64,000 nt of DNA from Elusimicrobiota bacterium (GTDB lineage: Bacteria; Elusimicrobiota; Endomicrobiia; Endomicrobiales; JBDRNC01). Shown here piece after piece: positions 1 to 10,933 of the stretch. The position numbers were made by a program, and so were the translations under genes. The notes below the pieces were generated by a model. The model did not search any database. It saw only the letters and a list, made by a program, of their open reading frames with translations, and was not told where the DNA came from. The stretch covers positions 160,001 to 224,000 of the forward strand of contig JBDRNC010000017.1 of assembly GCA_043811535.1 (NCBI GenBank), written 5' to 3'. Numbering within the stretch: position 1 is the stretch's first letter; each line of letters begins with the position of its first letter.

Positions 1-124
1 GGATTGGGTAAACAATAATTAATTTTTTCACGGCTACCTCGATATACTTGATCCATCTTCACCCCGAAAAATCGGGGCTTCGGGGACTAAAACATCTAGT
101 AATTCACGCGGCAAAGCGGGATGC

Positions 125-2380
125 TTAGAAAATATTTCCTATAGTAAAATAGAACTGGCTCTGGTCCTCGCCGGGCTTGTGATTGAACCCGTGACCCCAG
201 TCAAGACGCAGCGGAAACACGGGTGTCGTAAAACGTATTCCGAAACCGGCTCCTGATTTTAGTTGATTATCTTCGACGCCTATCTCGGGAACGAAATCCT
301 CGGGCCTTTTCCACGCGCCTCCCACGTCATAGAAAAACGCTCCCTGAAGGATCGTGCGTTTCTTTTCCTGCACGATAGGGAATTTATATTCAGCGTTGAA
401 AACAAACATCATCTTACCGCCGCCGGACGGTCCGATCTCGCTGCGGTACTGGTAACCGCGCACGGATTCGGCTCCTCCGACGTAAAATCTTTCATAGATC
501 GGGACGTCCGTTGACGGCTCGAAAGGCTCGACAAGGCCGAGAGTGCCGTTCATGGAGAAAACGAATTTCCAGATACTCGGAAAGAACCACGAGCTTTTTA
601 CGCTAGGTTTCACAAAATTGACGTCTCCCTGAAAAGGCCCGCCGGCCACCTGCACGGAAAGCGACTGCCTGCTGCCTCTTGAGGCGTCATATATATTGTC
701 CCTGGTGTCATAAACTATCTGCGAGATGAGACTCGATGTAATGTCTTTGGACGCGGCAACGGAGTCTTGTATCTGGAAATCCACATTCGAAACCTCGATC
801 TCTTCATAGCTGTAGGCGAACAGCAGGCTCAGGTAATCGCTCAGCCGGGGGCCTACTCTGACGGTTCCGCCGCGCCGTCCTTCGTTATAATAGTAAACGG
901 GTGAGGAGCCGTAATCCCTTTTTCTCAGCGTGTCGAAAACGTCAAAGCCCAGGCTGACGGGTTTGTTCATAAACCATGGTTCCGTCCACCCGATCTCGTA
1001 ATTCTGCTTTTTTTCGCCGAATTCCCACAAAAGGCTCATGCGCTGCGCCCTGCCGAGCAGGTTAATATGCTGGACCTGGAGCGAACCGACGAATTTGTCA
1101 ATAGATGAATAGCCAACGCCTGCGGTCAGAAGACCCGCTTTTCCTTCGGTCACGTTCAATACTATGTCAGTGACGTCCGGGCGGTTTGTCGGCTGGAATT
1201 GAGGATCTATCGCGTCTATGAAACCGAGATTGTTAATTTTCTCCATGCTCCTTACGAGTCTGGAACGCGAAAAAACGTCACCTTCCTTCAAAGCGAGCTC
1301 GCGCCGTATAACAAATTCCTTGGTAGAAGTAAGACCGTCTATATATATGCTGCCCACATACACTATTTCATTCTCCGAGGTGTTGAAATTAATATTGAGT
1401 ATCCCCGCTTCCTTCTGGAAATCAAGCTGCGGGTCGATAACGCATCGCCAGTATCCCTTGTCCTGGTACATCTCGCGCATCGAGGCCTGGCTGTCCTGGA
1501 ATTTCTCTTCGTTATAAACCTGCCCGGTCTTGAAAACCAGCGCTTTCCTGAGGTCTTTTTCAGCATAAACCGCGTTCCCGGAGAACGATACGGCGCCGAC
1601 CCTGTATTTCTGCCCTTCCTCCAGGGGAACCGCTATGAACATCTGCGTCCGTTCAGGATTGTAGGTGATCTTCGGCTCACCCACACTGACCTGCAGGTAG
1701 CCGTTATTTTTGTAGAAAAGCGTTATCGTGTCGATATCTTTCTTTATCGTTTCGTCTTTAAAGACCTTCTTTTTCTTGGTTTCCATCATGCGCGCGATCT
1801 TTTTCGGTTTGTATGCCTTCGCCCCTTCGATTGTAACGCCTCCGATGAGTATTCTGTTACCTTCGGTTATAAGAATAGAGATAGTCATGTAATTGGCAAG
1901 CTCGTCTATCGTCGGGATTATCTCGATCTTCGCGTCGGCGTAGCCCTTGTCATGGTAAACCGTCAGCATTTTTGATTTTGATTCGTCTATTTTTGAAGCG
2001 TCAAAAAATTCCTTTTGCTTCAGAGTCATCTCGTCGTTCAGTTTTCCCTTTGAGAGCTTTTTGTTGCCCTTAAGGCTTATCTTTTTGATGAACGGTTTTT
2101 CCTTGACCGAGAATGTCAGTCTCATAGTAGCGGTGTCCAGGTTGATTTCCACGTCTTCAATAGAACCAAGACTCAGGATATTCTGCACGTCGGTCTTTAC
2201 CTGGTCATCCGAATAGAACTTCTTTACTTTGGATTTTATCTGGCTTTTAATAACCTTTTCTTTGACATTCTGTTCGCCTTCTATCAGCACGGCTGTGATT
2301 TTCCGGCTTTCAGCCCTTAATAACGGCGCGAAAAGAAAGAGAAAAGACAGTATTAGCGATGCATTCTTGAATGATAACAT
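125..2380 (-). CDS. bamA: Outer membrane protein assembly factor BamA
   Basis: Signal peptide, POTRA-like repeats, SVRGY motif in the barrel, C-terminal Phe; 751 aa. Confidence 0.95.
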   Translation of the reverse strand: MLSFKNASLILSFLFLFAPLLRAESRKITAVLIEGEQNVKEKVIKSQIKSKVKKFYSDDQVKTDVQNILSLGSIEDVEINLDTATMRLTFSVKEKPFIKKISLKGNKKLSKGKLNDEMTLKQKEFFDASKIDESKSKMLTVYHDKGYADAKIEIIPTIDELANYMTISILITEGNRILIGGVTIEGAKAYKPKKIARMMETKKKKVFKDETIKKDIDTITLFYKNNGYLQVSVGEPKITYNPERTQMFIAVPLEEGQKYRVGAVSFSGNAVYAEKDLRKALVFKTGQVYNEEKFQDSQASMREMYQDKGYWRCVIDPQLDFQKEAGILNINFNTSENEIVYVGSIYIDGLTSTKEFVIRRELALKEGDVFSRSRLVRSMEKINNLGFIDAIDPQFQPTNRPDVTDIVLNVTEGKAGLLTAGVGYSSIDKFVGSLQVQHINLLGRAQRMSLLWEFGEKKQNYEIGWTEPWFMNKPVSLGFDVFDTLRKRDYGSSPVYYYNEGRRGGTVRVGPRLSDYLSLLFAYSYEEIEVSNVDFQIQDSVAASKDITSSLISQIVYDTRDNIYDASRGSRQSLSVQVAGGPFQGDVNFVKPSVKSSWFFPSIWKFVFSMNGTLGLVEPFEPSTDVPIYERFYVGGAESVRGYQYRSEIGPSGGGKMMFVFNAEYKFPIVQEKKRTILQGAFFYDVGGAWKRPEDFVPEIGVEDNQLKSGAGFGIRFTTPVFPLRLDWGHGFNHKPGEDQSQFYFTIGNIF

Positions 2381-2450
2381 TTCAGCTCCCTGGATTAGTA
2401 TAATTCCAAACGCGGATGTAACCGCTTCTTTTACTAAAACACATTATGAA

Positions 2451-2479
2451 ATTATACAAAATATTGTTTCATAAGGCAA
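2451..2479 (-). promoter_or_regulatory. Sigma70-type promoter upstream of bamA
   Basis: Minus strand TTGCCT (2474-2479), 17-bp spacer, TATAAT (2451-2456). Confidence 0.55.
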
Positions 2480-2564
2480 CCACTCGACATATATTTGACA
2501 AAGCGGTAATGCCGCAAGTTTCAAGTTGTTTTTCTCAGGGGGTTGGTATTATTGGGCGGGATTC

Positions 2565-5500
2565 TTATTTCTTTTCTGTCCAGCCGAAACGCCACTGGTT
2601 TTCGATCATCAAGCGCCGGTCGGGAGTAAAGGAAGGATTCTGACTCTCAAGTTCGTACGTGCCCCTGAGGAAGATGTTATTCCGCATTCTGTAGGAGAGC
2701 TCAAGTTCCTGCCTGAGGCTTAATTTGTCCTGAAACCGGTCAAAAATAACTGAATAACCGAACATTACTTCATTAGAAAGGTATTTTTCGGCTGTGTATT
2801 TCTTGCCGTAAAACAACTCAGTCAGCGTGGGGCTTCCCGGGATTGCCGGTTTGATCGGCTCCAGGTTTTCGTCTCCGCCGCGCAGGTTGTCTATCAGACC
2901 GCTTTTCCTCAGTAGACCCCTCGCGAGCGGTGTTGTCAGCGTTGAATCAAAAATCCTGATAAGGGATTTTCTAAGGAGGTAATCCCTGTCTGAGGTGGAA
3001 TAGGCTTCGGGGTCTACCCCGGTTGCGCGCTGCAGAACCTTTTCGGAAGCCAAATTCGGCGAATTCTTGGATACAAAACGCGGTTTTATGCTTCCGATTG
3101 TCGCCCTGTCTACGAACATGGTTATCGTGTCGGTTCCCCCTTGCGTTGGGTCCGGGACTTCAGCGTAGGCCTCGCCTTCAAGATAGCAGTCGTCCTTAAT
3201 GACCTCAAAGACAGCTCTTTTTATCCTGAATTCCGTGCCCAGGTACCCTATATTTCCCCTGAGCGCCTCCAGCTTTCCGTCGGCCGTTGGCGTATAACCC
3301 TTTCCGGTCAATTTAATCGACCCCTGCGCCTGTGCGCTCACGAGCGCGTTGTCATACCATGTTTTTTTGCCCGTCCTCAGCTCCAGGTCCCACAAAAGTT
3401 TCGGCCAGAAAGATTCAAGGACATCCTCTTCCCCCGTTTGTTTCCTTATCGAAGGATAAGTAAAACGCGTGTTTTCAAGTTCGGCCCAGCCGGAAAGGAG
3501 CGGTTTATCGGCATTGCCTTTAAGGCTTATTTGAAACTTAGGCTCGCCCTGGGAGTAGTTTGTGATTAGTTCCCAGTCTTCGGTCTTGATCAGCGGCGAC
3601 GGTATGGGCAGCTGCGGTATTGAAATGCGGATTCCGCGTTTTTCGCCCGTCTGCCATGTCAGGTTGTATTCCTCAGGTTTGAATCCGTCGAATTTCATCG
3701 TTCCTTTTATGTCCATCATGCCTTCACCGATCTTGCCGGAGAATTCCTCTATCGTCAAAAGATTGTTTTTCCAGAGAAACGAGACATTAATCCCGGTCAT
3801 CTTTTCGAAATATATATTAGAGTTTATCTCGCCGTTCGATATCTTAAGGTAACCGTTGGCATTCGGAGAAACAAGCGTCCCGGTCAGATGCAGCTGCGAG
3901 CGGAGATTTCCCGCCGCGGATTTAATTTCTTTTGACAGCGCGGTAAGCATGTTCAAGGAACCTTCCTCAACGCCGAATGTTATGTCAAGCGGGTTATTCT
4001 TTACTCTTTCAAATACGGCCGAGGTCAGGGGGAAAGGAACGAAGCCGTTGGCCACGATGGTGAAATCATTTTTGCGGACCAGCCGCGCGCGGATAATTGT
4101 CAACACGTCTTGCCTGGCGTTGAATTGAAGGTTGAAATTGTCAAAAGGGATTTCCGAGACCAAGCCGCCGGAGATATTCAGGCTTCCCTCAAGTTTCGGC
4201 TGGTCAAGGTTTCCCCCGCCGATTATGTTGATGTCGGCGTCGCCTTCTACAAAAACAGGAAGATCAAGTAATTCCGAGATAGCCGCCGCCGAAACGGATT
4301 TTCCGGATACCGAGAAGTCCCATTTGTTTTTTCCTACCTCGCCGTCAATAACAATGTTCCTAGAGTTTTCGAATGAAAGCGACAATCTGTGGAATTTGGT
4401 GTCCGGCCATCCGTTCATATCGATATTCCCGGAGACTTTCAGCAGCTGTTTGGACTGCGGCACAAAGGTTATGACCTTTTCCTGATATTTAATCCCGAAG
4501 ACCGTTTCATCAATGCTGTGCTGGTTGAGCCAGACGTTTTCTGTTTTCAGCGTTAAGTTGAAATCAGGCTCATTACCGGTATCGTTCCATGACCCGGATA
4601 GATGCATCATTCCGAATACATCCACCGGACCCAGATGCACGTTCCTCCACTCGGTTTTCAGGTTGTAGCTGCGTTTATTAATTTCAACCTTGCTATCATT
4701 GAGGATTCTTAACTCGCTGTCGGTAAATTTTGCCAGCGCGTTGGAAATAATAACACGGTTGTCCTGGAAGGAAAAGCGCCCCTGAAGTGCGGTTATCGGA
4801 ATTCCGTCAAGGGTTATCTTGTGTCCGTTCAATTCAGCGTCTACTTTGGGATTGGCGTATTCTCCCGAAACCGTGAAATTTCCAGAAAACACCCCGTCGG
4901 TCTGAGTTGACGGGCTTAACTGTCTTGCTATCCGCTGTGAAGTCAGATTAATAATCTTGCCCGAAATATTCAGCTTTGGGTATATAACGCCTGATATCTC
5001 AATGATCTCGGGTCCCGATACTAGTCTTACTTTTTCGCAAAAAACTGTTTTATCGCGCAGTTGGATCTTTCCGGAATGCTCGAAAGGGATATTGTTGTAG
5101 CTCGAGTCTTTTACGGTATACTGGAAATATGCCGTGGGATCGTCATGGGTTCCTGAAACCACCAGTTCGCCTTCAACCGTTCCGTTTGTCTTGTCCGTAA
5201 ATGAATCGATTGGAATATTTTTAAGCGATAGTTTTCCTGCAATGATCTTGTTCTCCAGTCCGATCGCCAGGTTGCCCGAAAGCAGTTTTTCCCATTGTAT
5301 GTTTCTCAGGTCTATCTGGGATTTGGTTACCAATATCTGCGCCCTCAACTTTCTCGCGGGAAGATTGTGCGCTTTTAGTTCGTCGCTGGCGATGTAGCCG
5401 GAGAAATTCCAGTCCTTTCCGGCCTTCAGGTTGCCGGTTATTTTCACCGGACCGTTCAACAAGGCATTGTTGAACGGAAAATTGCGGAACACGATATTTG

Positions 5501-7190
5501 ACAGGCAATCGCTGTTTTCTTCATTCAGACCTATTTTTGCGTTGCCCGCCAGTGTTCCTTTCTTAGAGTATAAGGCAAAGTCCTGCAGGTTGATGTAATC
5601 GGGCGTTACTTTGCAGATGAGCTTTCCTTTCCCTTCAAAGCTATTATTTACGGAAAAATCATCAAACGTGCATCTGATCTCCCCGGACTTGCCGGAACTC
5701 GAATACGAAGCTTTACCCGAAATTTTTCCCCTGAGATCGGTGCCGGGAGCAAGCAAGCCGGCCATCCCCTGAATTTCGTATGATAATAGTTTTGCGTGAA
5801 AATCCCAATCAGCGCCGCTTGACCATTTTCCGCCGATTTCCCAGTCTTTATTTTGAGACCCTCCATGGAATGTCCATGCGCTGCCTTCTCCCATCAGGTC
5901 GATTTTCCATTCGGAGGGAGATGCGCCTCCGATATACCAGCGCTTCGCCGTCACGGATACATTTTTGCTGTCGCGCGTGATTGTGCCCTTAATGTTGATA
6001 TCCCCGGACGCTTTTTCCGGAAGAGAGAAAGGTATTTTTGTAACGGGGAAGCCGCTGAAATTTATCCGCAGATCAAGCGGGGAAAGGCGTCCCGTCACCG
6101 TTCCGGTCTTTTTCCTGCCGATCTTAAAGTCCGAATTGAAACTATAGTCGTTTCCGATCTCCATGCTGAAAAACAGGCTTGAAGGCCGAAAGACGCCGTC
6201 GCACTTCCATTTTCCGTCATTTGTGTTTCTAAAGCTGATTTTTAGGTCGTTCATTTCGTGATTCAAGAGGCGGAGGCCGGTCACGGTCGAAGAACCCGAA
6301 ATAATGCTATTGTCGGCCAGTAAATTCAGATCGACCTTCCCGGAAAACGATTTGGAAACTCCCGAAAGATCGAGCTGGGCGCCGTACATGCATTTCTTGA
6401 AACTTTCTCCGGAAAGCCAGATCCTGCCCGCGGCAGACCTTAGCTCACCGGCCACGCCGGATTTGGATGACGAAAGTATCCCGGACGAATTATTCAGTTC
6501 ATACTCTTTCCACCGGATCCTGGGGAAAGACATCCGCAATGAGAGGTCATTACCCGCGTTTCTTTCGATTTCCGCATGCACTTCAAATCCTGATTCGGGC
6601 CCCTCAAAAACAGCGCTTGCGTTGCCTGTCAAATGCCCATCTTTCGGATCAAGATTAAATCCGGATTCTATTCTGTTCGCTCCTGATTTCGCGGAAATTT
6701 TACCGGATATATTTTCAGCGATCGTCAGGGTTCCGCAAAAATCTGAAAATGCCGCCGCGGACGAATATATTTCTCCGGAATCCCATGTAATCTTGATCTG
6801 CGGCGTTTTTGAAGAAGCAGACGGTTTTCCTCTGTCGTTCGTTGTTTTTAAATATGCCGGTAAACCGCGATCGGCTTTTATCCAGGGTTTTTCTAGGTTT
6901 ATATGGTCAAGGGCGACGGCGGGATGTCTAAGGTTAAGCAGAAATTTAAAAGGATTGAAATAGATTGTTACTTTCTGGCAGCGGAAGTTCTGTCCTACGA
7001 ACAGGGCGTTGATAGTGATTTTGTTGAAAGGCCTGTATTCGATTTTTTCAAAAGCAGCGTTCTTGCCGGTCAGATTCTTTATCGCCATCCGCACAGGCAG
7101 TTCAAGAAATCTGAGCCGCCAGGCGAAGAAGAGTGATATGAGTATGACTATGACGATTGCGGCAGATATATAAGCTGCTTTCTTTAGCAT
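2565..7190 (-). CDS. tamB: TamB/AsmA-like translocation and assembly module protein
   Basis: 1541 aa, N-terminal TM anchor, long Gly-rich beta-strand repeats, DUF490-like C-terminus, adjacent to bamA. Confidence 0.75.
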   Translation of the reverse strand: MLKKAAYISAAIVIVILISLFFAWRLRFLELPVRMAIKNLTGKNAAFEKIEYRPFNKITINALFVGQNFRCQKVTIYFNPFKFLLNLRHPAVALDHINLEKPWIKADRGLPAYLKTTNDRGKPSASSKTPQIKITWDSGEIYSSAAAFSDFCGTLTIAENISGKISAKSGANRIESGFNLDPKDGHLTGNASAVFEGPESGFEVHAEIERNAGNDLSLRMSFPRIRWKEYELNNSSGILSSSKSGVAGELRSAAGRIWLSGESFKKCMYGAQLDLSGVSKSFSGKVDLNLLADNSIISGSSTVTGLRLLNHEMNDLKISFRNTNDGKWKCDGVFRPSSLFFSMEIGNDYSFNSDFKIGRKKTGTVTGRLSPLDLRINFSGFPVTKIPFSLPEKASGDINIKGTITRDSKNVSVTAKRWYIGGASPSEWKIDLMGEGSAWTFHGGSQNKDWEIGGKWSSGADWDFHAKLLSYEIQGMAGLLAPGTDLRGKISGKASYSSSGKSGEIRCTFDDFSVNNSFEGKGKLICKVTPDYINLQDFALYSKKGTLAGNAKIGLNEENSDCLSNIVFRNFPFNNALLNGPVKITGNLKAGKDWNFSGYIASDELKAHNLPARKLRAQILVTKSQIDLRNIQWEKLLSGNLAIGLENKIIAGKLSLKNIPIDSFTDKTNGTVEGELVVSGTHDDPTAYFQYTVKDSSYNNIPFEHSGKIQLRDKTVFCEKVRLVSGPEIIEISGVIYPKLNISGKIINLTSQRIARQLSPSTQTDGVFSGNFTVSGEYANPKVDAELNGHKITLDGIPITALQGRFSFQDNRVIISNALAKFTDSELRILNDSKVEINKRSYNLKTEWRNVHLGPVDVFGMMHLSGSWNDTGNEPDFNLTLKTENVWLNQHSIDETVFGIKYQEKVITFVPQSKQLLKVSGNIDMNGWPDTKFHRLSLSFENSRNIVIDGEVGKNKWDFSVSGKSVSAAAISELLDLPVFVEGDADINIIGGGNLDQPKLEGSLNISGGLVSEIPFDNFNLQFNARQDVLTIIRARLVRKNDFTIVANGFVPFPLTSAVFERVKNNPLDITFGVEEGSLNMLTALSKEIKSAAGNLRSQLHLTGTLVSPNANGYLKISNGEINSNIYFEKMTGINVSFLWKNNLLTIEEFSGKIGEGMMDIKGTMKFDGFKPEEYNLTWQTGEKRGIRISIPQLPIPSPLIKTEDWELITNYSQGEPKFQISLKGNADKPLLSGWAELENTRFTYPSIRKQTGEEDVLESFWPKLLWDLELRTGKKTWYDNALVSAQAQGSIKLTGKGYTPTADGKLEALRGNIGYLGTEFRIKRAVFEVIKDDCYLEGEAYAEVPDPTQGGTDTITMFVDRATIGSIKPRFVSKNSPNLASEKVLQRATGVDPEAYSTSDRDYLLRKSLIRIFDSTLTTPLARGLLRKSGLIDNLRGGDENLEPIKPAIPGSPTLTELFYGKKYTAEKYLSNEVMFGYSVIFDRFQDKLSLRQELELSYRMRNNIFLRGTYELESQNPSFTPDRRLMIENQWRFGWTEKK

Positions 7191-7213
7191 CTAATATTCG
7201 GGTACGCTTGAAG

Positions 7214-7293
7214 ATAATTACAGATTAGAAATTACAGATTACAGATTAACGGAAAAACAGGCTGTTGGTTTTCAATTTGTAATGTGTAATTAT
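7214..7293. repeat. Heptamer-repeat inverted hairpin (ATTACAG type)
   Basis: attacag/attagaa/attacag/attacag left arm; ttgtaat gtgtaat right arm. Confidence 0.75.
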
Positions 7294-9768
7294 TTAAGGC
7301 ACTACTTCCGGTTTCCCTTCCGGCAGGAAATCGAGTTTCTTTGTGTCCGAATTAAGTCTGACCGAAATTTTTAAAGGCGTTGTTTGCGATTTGCGTGATA
7401 TGTTGCGCGACAGGATCTCTTCGGCGACAGGGTCTTCCAGATACCGCTGCATGATGCGCTGAAGCGGCCTGGCTCCATACTGGGGGTCAAATCCTTTTTC
7501 AAGCAGGAATTCCTTGGCTTCTTCGGAAAGGGCCAGTATCAGTCCTTGCGAAGAGAATTTCTGTTTGTTCTTTTCAAGGAAGAGGTCGAGTATTTTCTTC
7601 ATTTCGGGCCTGCCCAGCGGATGAAACACGACGATTTCGTCTATTCGATTCAGGAATTCCGGGTTAAAGGTTTTCTTAACCTCTTCGTTGACGGTATCCT
7701 TTATCGTCGTATAATCCTGCTGCATGTCTTCCTGCACTAGAAATCCGAGCGATTTTCCCCTTGATATCAACCTTGCGCCGACATTTGAGGTCATTATCAG
7801 GATAGTGTTCTTGAAACTGACCTTATGTCCCAGATTATCTGAAAGCACGCCGTTATCGAGTATTTGGAGAAGTATATTGAAAACGTCGGGATGTGCCTTT
7901 TCAATCTCATCGAAAAGAACGACGGAGTACGGTTTGCGCCTGACCTGTTCGGTCAACTGCCCTCCTTCTTCGTACCCCACATATCCGGGTGGCGAGCCGA
8001 TAAGCCGCGAGACGGAAAATTTTTCCATGAACTCTGACATGTCCACGCGGATAAGGGAGTTTTCATCGCTGAACAGGAATTCGGCGAGAACGCGCGCGAG
8101 TTCGGTTTTCCCGACACCGGTCGGCCCAAGGAATATAAAACCGCCTATGGGACGCCTGGGGTCTTTCAGCCCCGTTCTCGAACGGCGTATTGCGTGGGAT
8201 ATCACTTTTATGGCGTCTTCCTGCCCGATGACGCGTTTTTTGATCTCATCTTCCATATGCAGAAGTTTTTCTGATTCCTTCTCGGTCAGGCGCATCACGG
8301 GTATCTTCGTCCACTTGGATACCAGCAGCGCAATCTCCTCGGGCAGAATGACCGGCCTGGATTCATCCTTGGTCGTGCGCCATTTTTTACGTGCGTCTTC
8401 CAGCGATTTGCGCAGTTCACGTTCCTTATCCCTGAGCCGGGCCGCTTTTTCGTATTCCTGTTTGGAAATTGATGACTCTTTTTCAAATATCACTTCGTTG
8501 AGCTCGCTTTCTTTGTCTTTTATTGATTCGGGCGACTGGGTAGACTGAAGCCTTGCTCTCGCTCCGGCTTCGTCTATGAGGTCGATTGCTTTATCCGGCA
8601 GGTACCTGTCCGATATATAACGGTCGGAAAGCTGGGCGGCGGCGATCAGCGCTTCGTCCGAATATTTGACTTTATGGTGGTTCTCGTATTTTTCCTTAAG
8701 TCCTTTCAGTATTTCTATGGTTTCATCAACCTGGGGAGGTTCGACGTTTATCGGCTGGAAACGGCGTTCCAACGCGGCGTCATGTTCGATATGTTTGCGG
8801 TATTCGTCAAGCGTTGTCGCCCCGATGCATTGCAATTCGCCTCTGGATAGAGCCGGTTTAAGCATGTTGGAAGCGTCAATCGCCCCTTCGGCGGCTCCTG
8901 CCCCGATGACGATATGGAGTTCGTCGATGAAAAGGATGATGTGGCTTTTCGAGCGTCTTATCTCCTCCATGATGTTCTTGAGTCTCTGCTCGAATTCGCC
9001 CCTGTATTTTGTGCCGGCGACAACGGCGGCGAGATCAAGCGTCATCAGGCGCTTGTTCTGCAGTATCTCCGGGACCTCTCCCGACGCTATTTTCTGGGCA
9101 AGCCCTTCCACTATCGCGGTTTTTCCGACTCCGGGATCGCCGATAAGCACGGGATTATTCTTGGTGCGTCTTGAAAGTATCTGGATGAGTCTTTCGATTT
9201 CGTCCGCCCGCCCGATCACGGGGTCAAGTTTTCCTTCTTTTGCGTATACTGTCAGGTCCCGCCCGAATTCGTCAAGCGTAGGCGTTTTTGTCTTGCCTTT
9301 TGCGGTCGCGGCGTGACCCGGCTGTTTATTCTCTTCGCCGAGAAGCGATATCAGTTCTTCGCGCACGTCGTTGATCCTGATGTTGAGATTTTCCAGCACC
9401 CTGGCGGCGATCCCTTCTTCTTCTCTGAGAAGCCCGAGAAGCAGATGTTCGGTCCCGACGTACGTGTGTCCGAGATTCTGCGCTTCCTCAACCGCGAGTT
9501 CAAGCACTTTTTTGGCTCGCGGAGTGAAAGGTATTTCGCCCAGAAGCATAACGTTCTCGCCCGTGCCTACCAGTTTTTCAACCTCAGCGCGGACGCGTCT
9601 CAAGTCAATCCCAAGATTCGCAAGCACTTTCGCCGCGACACCTTCGCCCATCGCGACCAAACCCAGCAGCAGGTGTTCCGTGCCGACGTAATCATGGTTC
9701 AGCCGTTTTGCTTCTTCCTGGGCGATGATAATCACCCTTTGAACGCGGTCCGTAAATCGGTTCGACAT
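7294..9768 (-). CDS. clpC: ATP-dependent Clp protease ATP-binding subunit ClpC
   Basis: Clp-N repeats, two Walker A motifs (GDPGVGKT, GPTGVGKT), UVR-like M domain; start moved to ATG 9768 (MSNRFT) after AGAGG SD. Confidence 0.95.
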   Translation of the reverse strand: MSNRFTDRVQRVIIIAQEEAKRLNHDYVGTEHLLLGLVAMGEGVAAKVLANLGIDLRRVRAEVEKLVGTGENVMLLGEIPFTPRAKKVLELAVEEAQNLGHTYVGTEHLLLGLLREEEGIAARVLENLNIRINDVREELISLLGEENKQPGHAATAKGKTKTPTLDEFGRDLTVYAKEGKLDPVIGRADEIERLIQILSRRTKNNPVLIGDPGVGKTAIVEGLAQKIASGEVPEILQNKRLMTLDLAAVVAGTKYRGEFEQRLKNIMEEIRRSKSHIILFIDELHIVIGAGAAEGAIDASNMLKPALSRGELQCIGATTLDEYRKHIEHDAALERRFQPINVEPPQVDETIEILKGLKEKYENHHKVKYSDEALIAAAQLSDRYISDRYLPDKAIDLIDEAGARARLQSTQSPESIKDKESELNEVIFEKESSISKQEYEKAARLRDKERELRKSLEDARKKWRTTKDESRPVILPEEIALLVSKWTKIPVMRLTEKESEKLLHMEDEIKKRVIGQEDAIKVISHAIRRSRTGLKDPRRPIGGFIFLGPTGVGKTELARVLAEFLFSDENSLIRVDMSEFMEKFSVSRLIGSPPGYVGYEEGGQLTEQVRRKPYSVVLFDEIEKAHPDVFNILLQILDNGVLSDNLGHKVSFKNTILIMTSNVGARLISRGKSLGFLVQEDMQQDYTTIKDTVNEEVKKTFNPEFLNRIDEIVVFHPLGRPEMKKILDLFLEKNKQKFSSQGLILALSEEAKEFLLEKGFDPQYGARPLQRIMQRYLEDPVAEEILSRNISRKSQTTPLKISVRLNSDTKKLDFLPEGKPEVVP

Positions 9769-9780
9769 AGTATTTAACCT

Positions 9781-9886
9781 CTTATTAGTTACAGTAATTA
9801 GCAATTAGCGATTGGCAATCAGTAAATACATCGACGCCGTATACCTTAACCAATTACTAATGGCAAATTGCTAATCGCTGCATTAT
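9781..9886. repeat. Heptamer-repeat inverted hairpin (TAGCAAT type)
   Basis: tagcaat tagcgat tggcaat left arm; attgctaatcgct right arm. Confidence 0.7.
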
Positions 9887-10933
9887 TTAATTAAGTCTTT
9901 GTCTTATGATTCTCGCGCGGACAAGATCCCTTTCCTCTGCGTTGAGCTCTCCGCCCATCAACTCCTGGAGATGGGCCGGCTGGGTTATGGTCATCAATTC
10001 AGCGAGCTGCTCTTTTTTCCATCTGATCTCAAGGCCGAGATTGATCCCGAGAAGGACCCTTGAAATGAGCGCCATCGCTTCGCGGAAATCTATCTTCCGG
10101 GCTCCCGACAGCAGCGCCGCGGACCTGTAAATTTTGTCTTCCGTGGAAATCTTCTGCGGGCCGCTCATCAGTTTTTTGCGAGCTTCGTTTTCATACGATA
10201 TTATGCTCGCGACGATATATTCTATATTCCTGACGACGTCATTTTCATCGCGCCCGAGCGTGCAGGCATTGGATATCTGAAAAATGTCTCCTATAACCTT
10301 TGTCCCCTCGCCGTAAAAACCGCGTATGGTCACGCCGACTTTTGAAAGCTCGGCCAGGATAGGTTCTATCTCGTCGGTAATGACAAGCCCTGGAATGTGC
10401 ACGAGCACGGATACCCTCATGCCCGTTCCGGCGTTTGTCGGGCAGGTCGTGAGAAAACCGTACTTGTCGGAATAAGCGAAGCCGAACTCGCCGGCAAGCC
10501 TGTTGTCAAGCGTGTCCACCGAAACGGCCGCCGTTTTCAAGTCGAACCCGGGGAGGATGCACGCGATACGCAGATGGTCTTCTTCGTTTATCATGACGCT
10601 GAGCCTTTCACCGCCGTCAAAAACGACACCTCTCGGGATCTCGCTGGACATGTGATTATGCGAGATAAGATGCCTTTCCACAAGCAGCTGCCTGTCTATG
10701 GGATCAAGCTCCGGAAGAAAAAAAGTTATTCCGCTCGTGAAATGTTCCTGCTTCTGCAGGAAACCGCTCGCGGAATTCCAGATTGAATCGAGTGTCTGAG
10801 GGCTCGCGCGCCACGGGAACGGTTTTCCTTTGACGTTCCTCGCGATGCGCACCCTCGACGAAATTACTACGTCGCCGAAGTTCTTTTGGTCGTTTTTTGC
10901 GAGTTGCTTTTTAAGAAACTCTTTGAGTTTCAT
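9887..10933 (-). CDS. mcsB: Protein-arginine kinase McsB
   Basis: SSRVRIARN, NEEDHLRI and CPTNAGTG phosphagen-kinase motifs; between mcsA and clpC. Confidence 0.92.
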   Translation of the reverse strand: MKLKEFLKKQLAKNDQKNFGDVVISSRVRIARNVKGKPFPWRASPQTLDSIWNSASGFLQKQEHFTSGITFFLPELDPIDRQLLVERHLISHNHMSSEIPRGVVFDGGERLSVMINEEDHLRIACILPGFDLKTAAVSVDTLDNRLAGEFGFAYSDKYGFLTTCPTNAGTGMRVSVLVHIPGLVITDEIEPILAELSKVGVTIRGFYGEGTKVIGDIFQISNACTLGRDENDVVRNIEYIVASIISYENEARKKLMSGPQKISTEDKIYRSAALLSGARKIDFREAMALISRVLLGINLGLEIRWKKEQLAELMTITQPAHLQELMGGELNAEERDLVRARIIRQRLN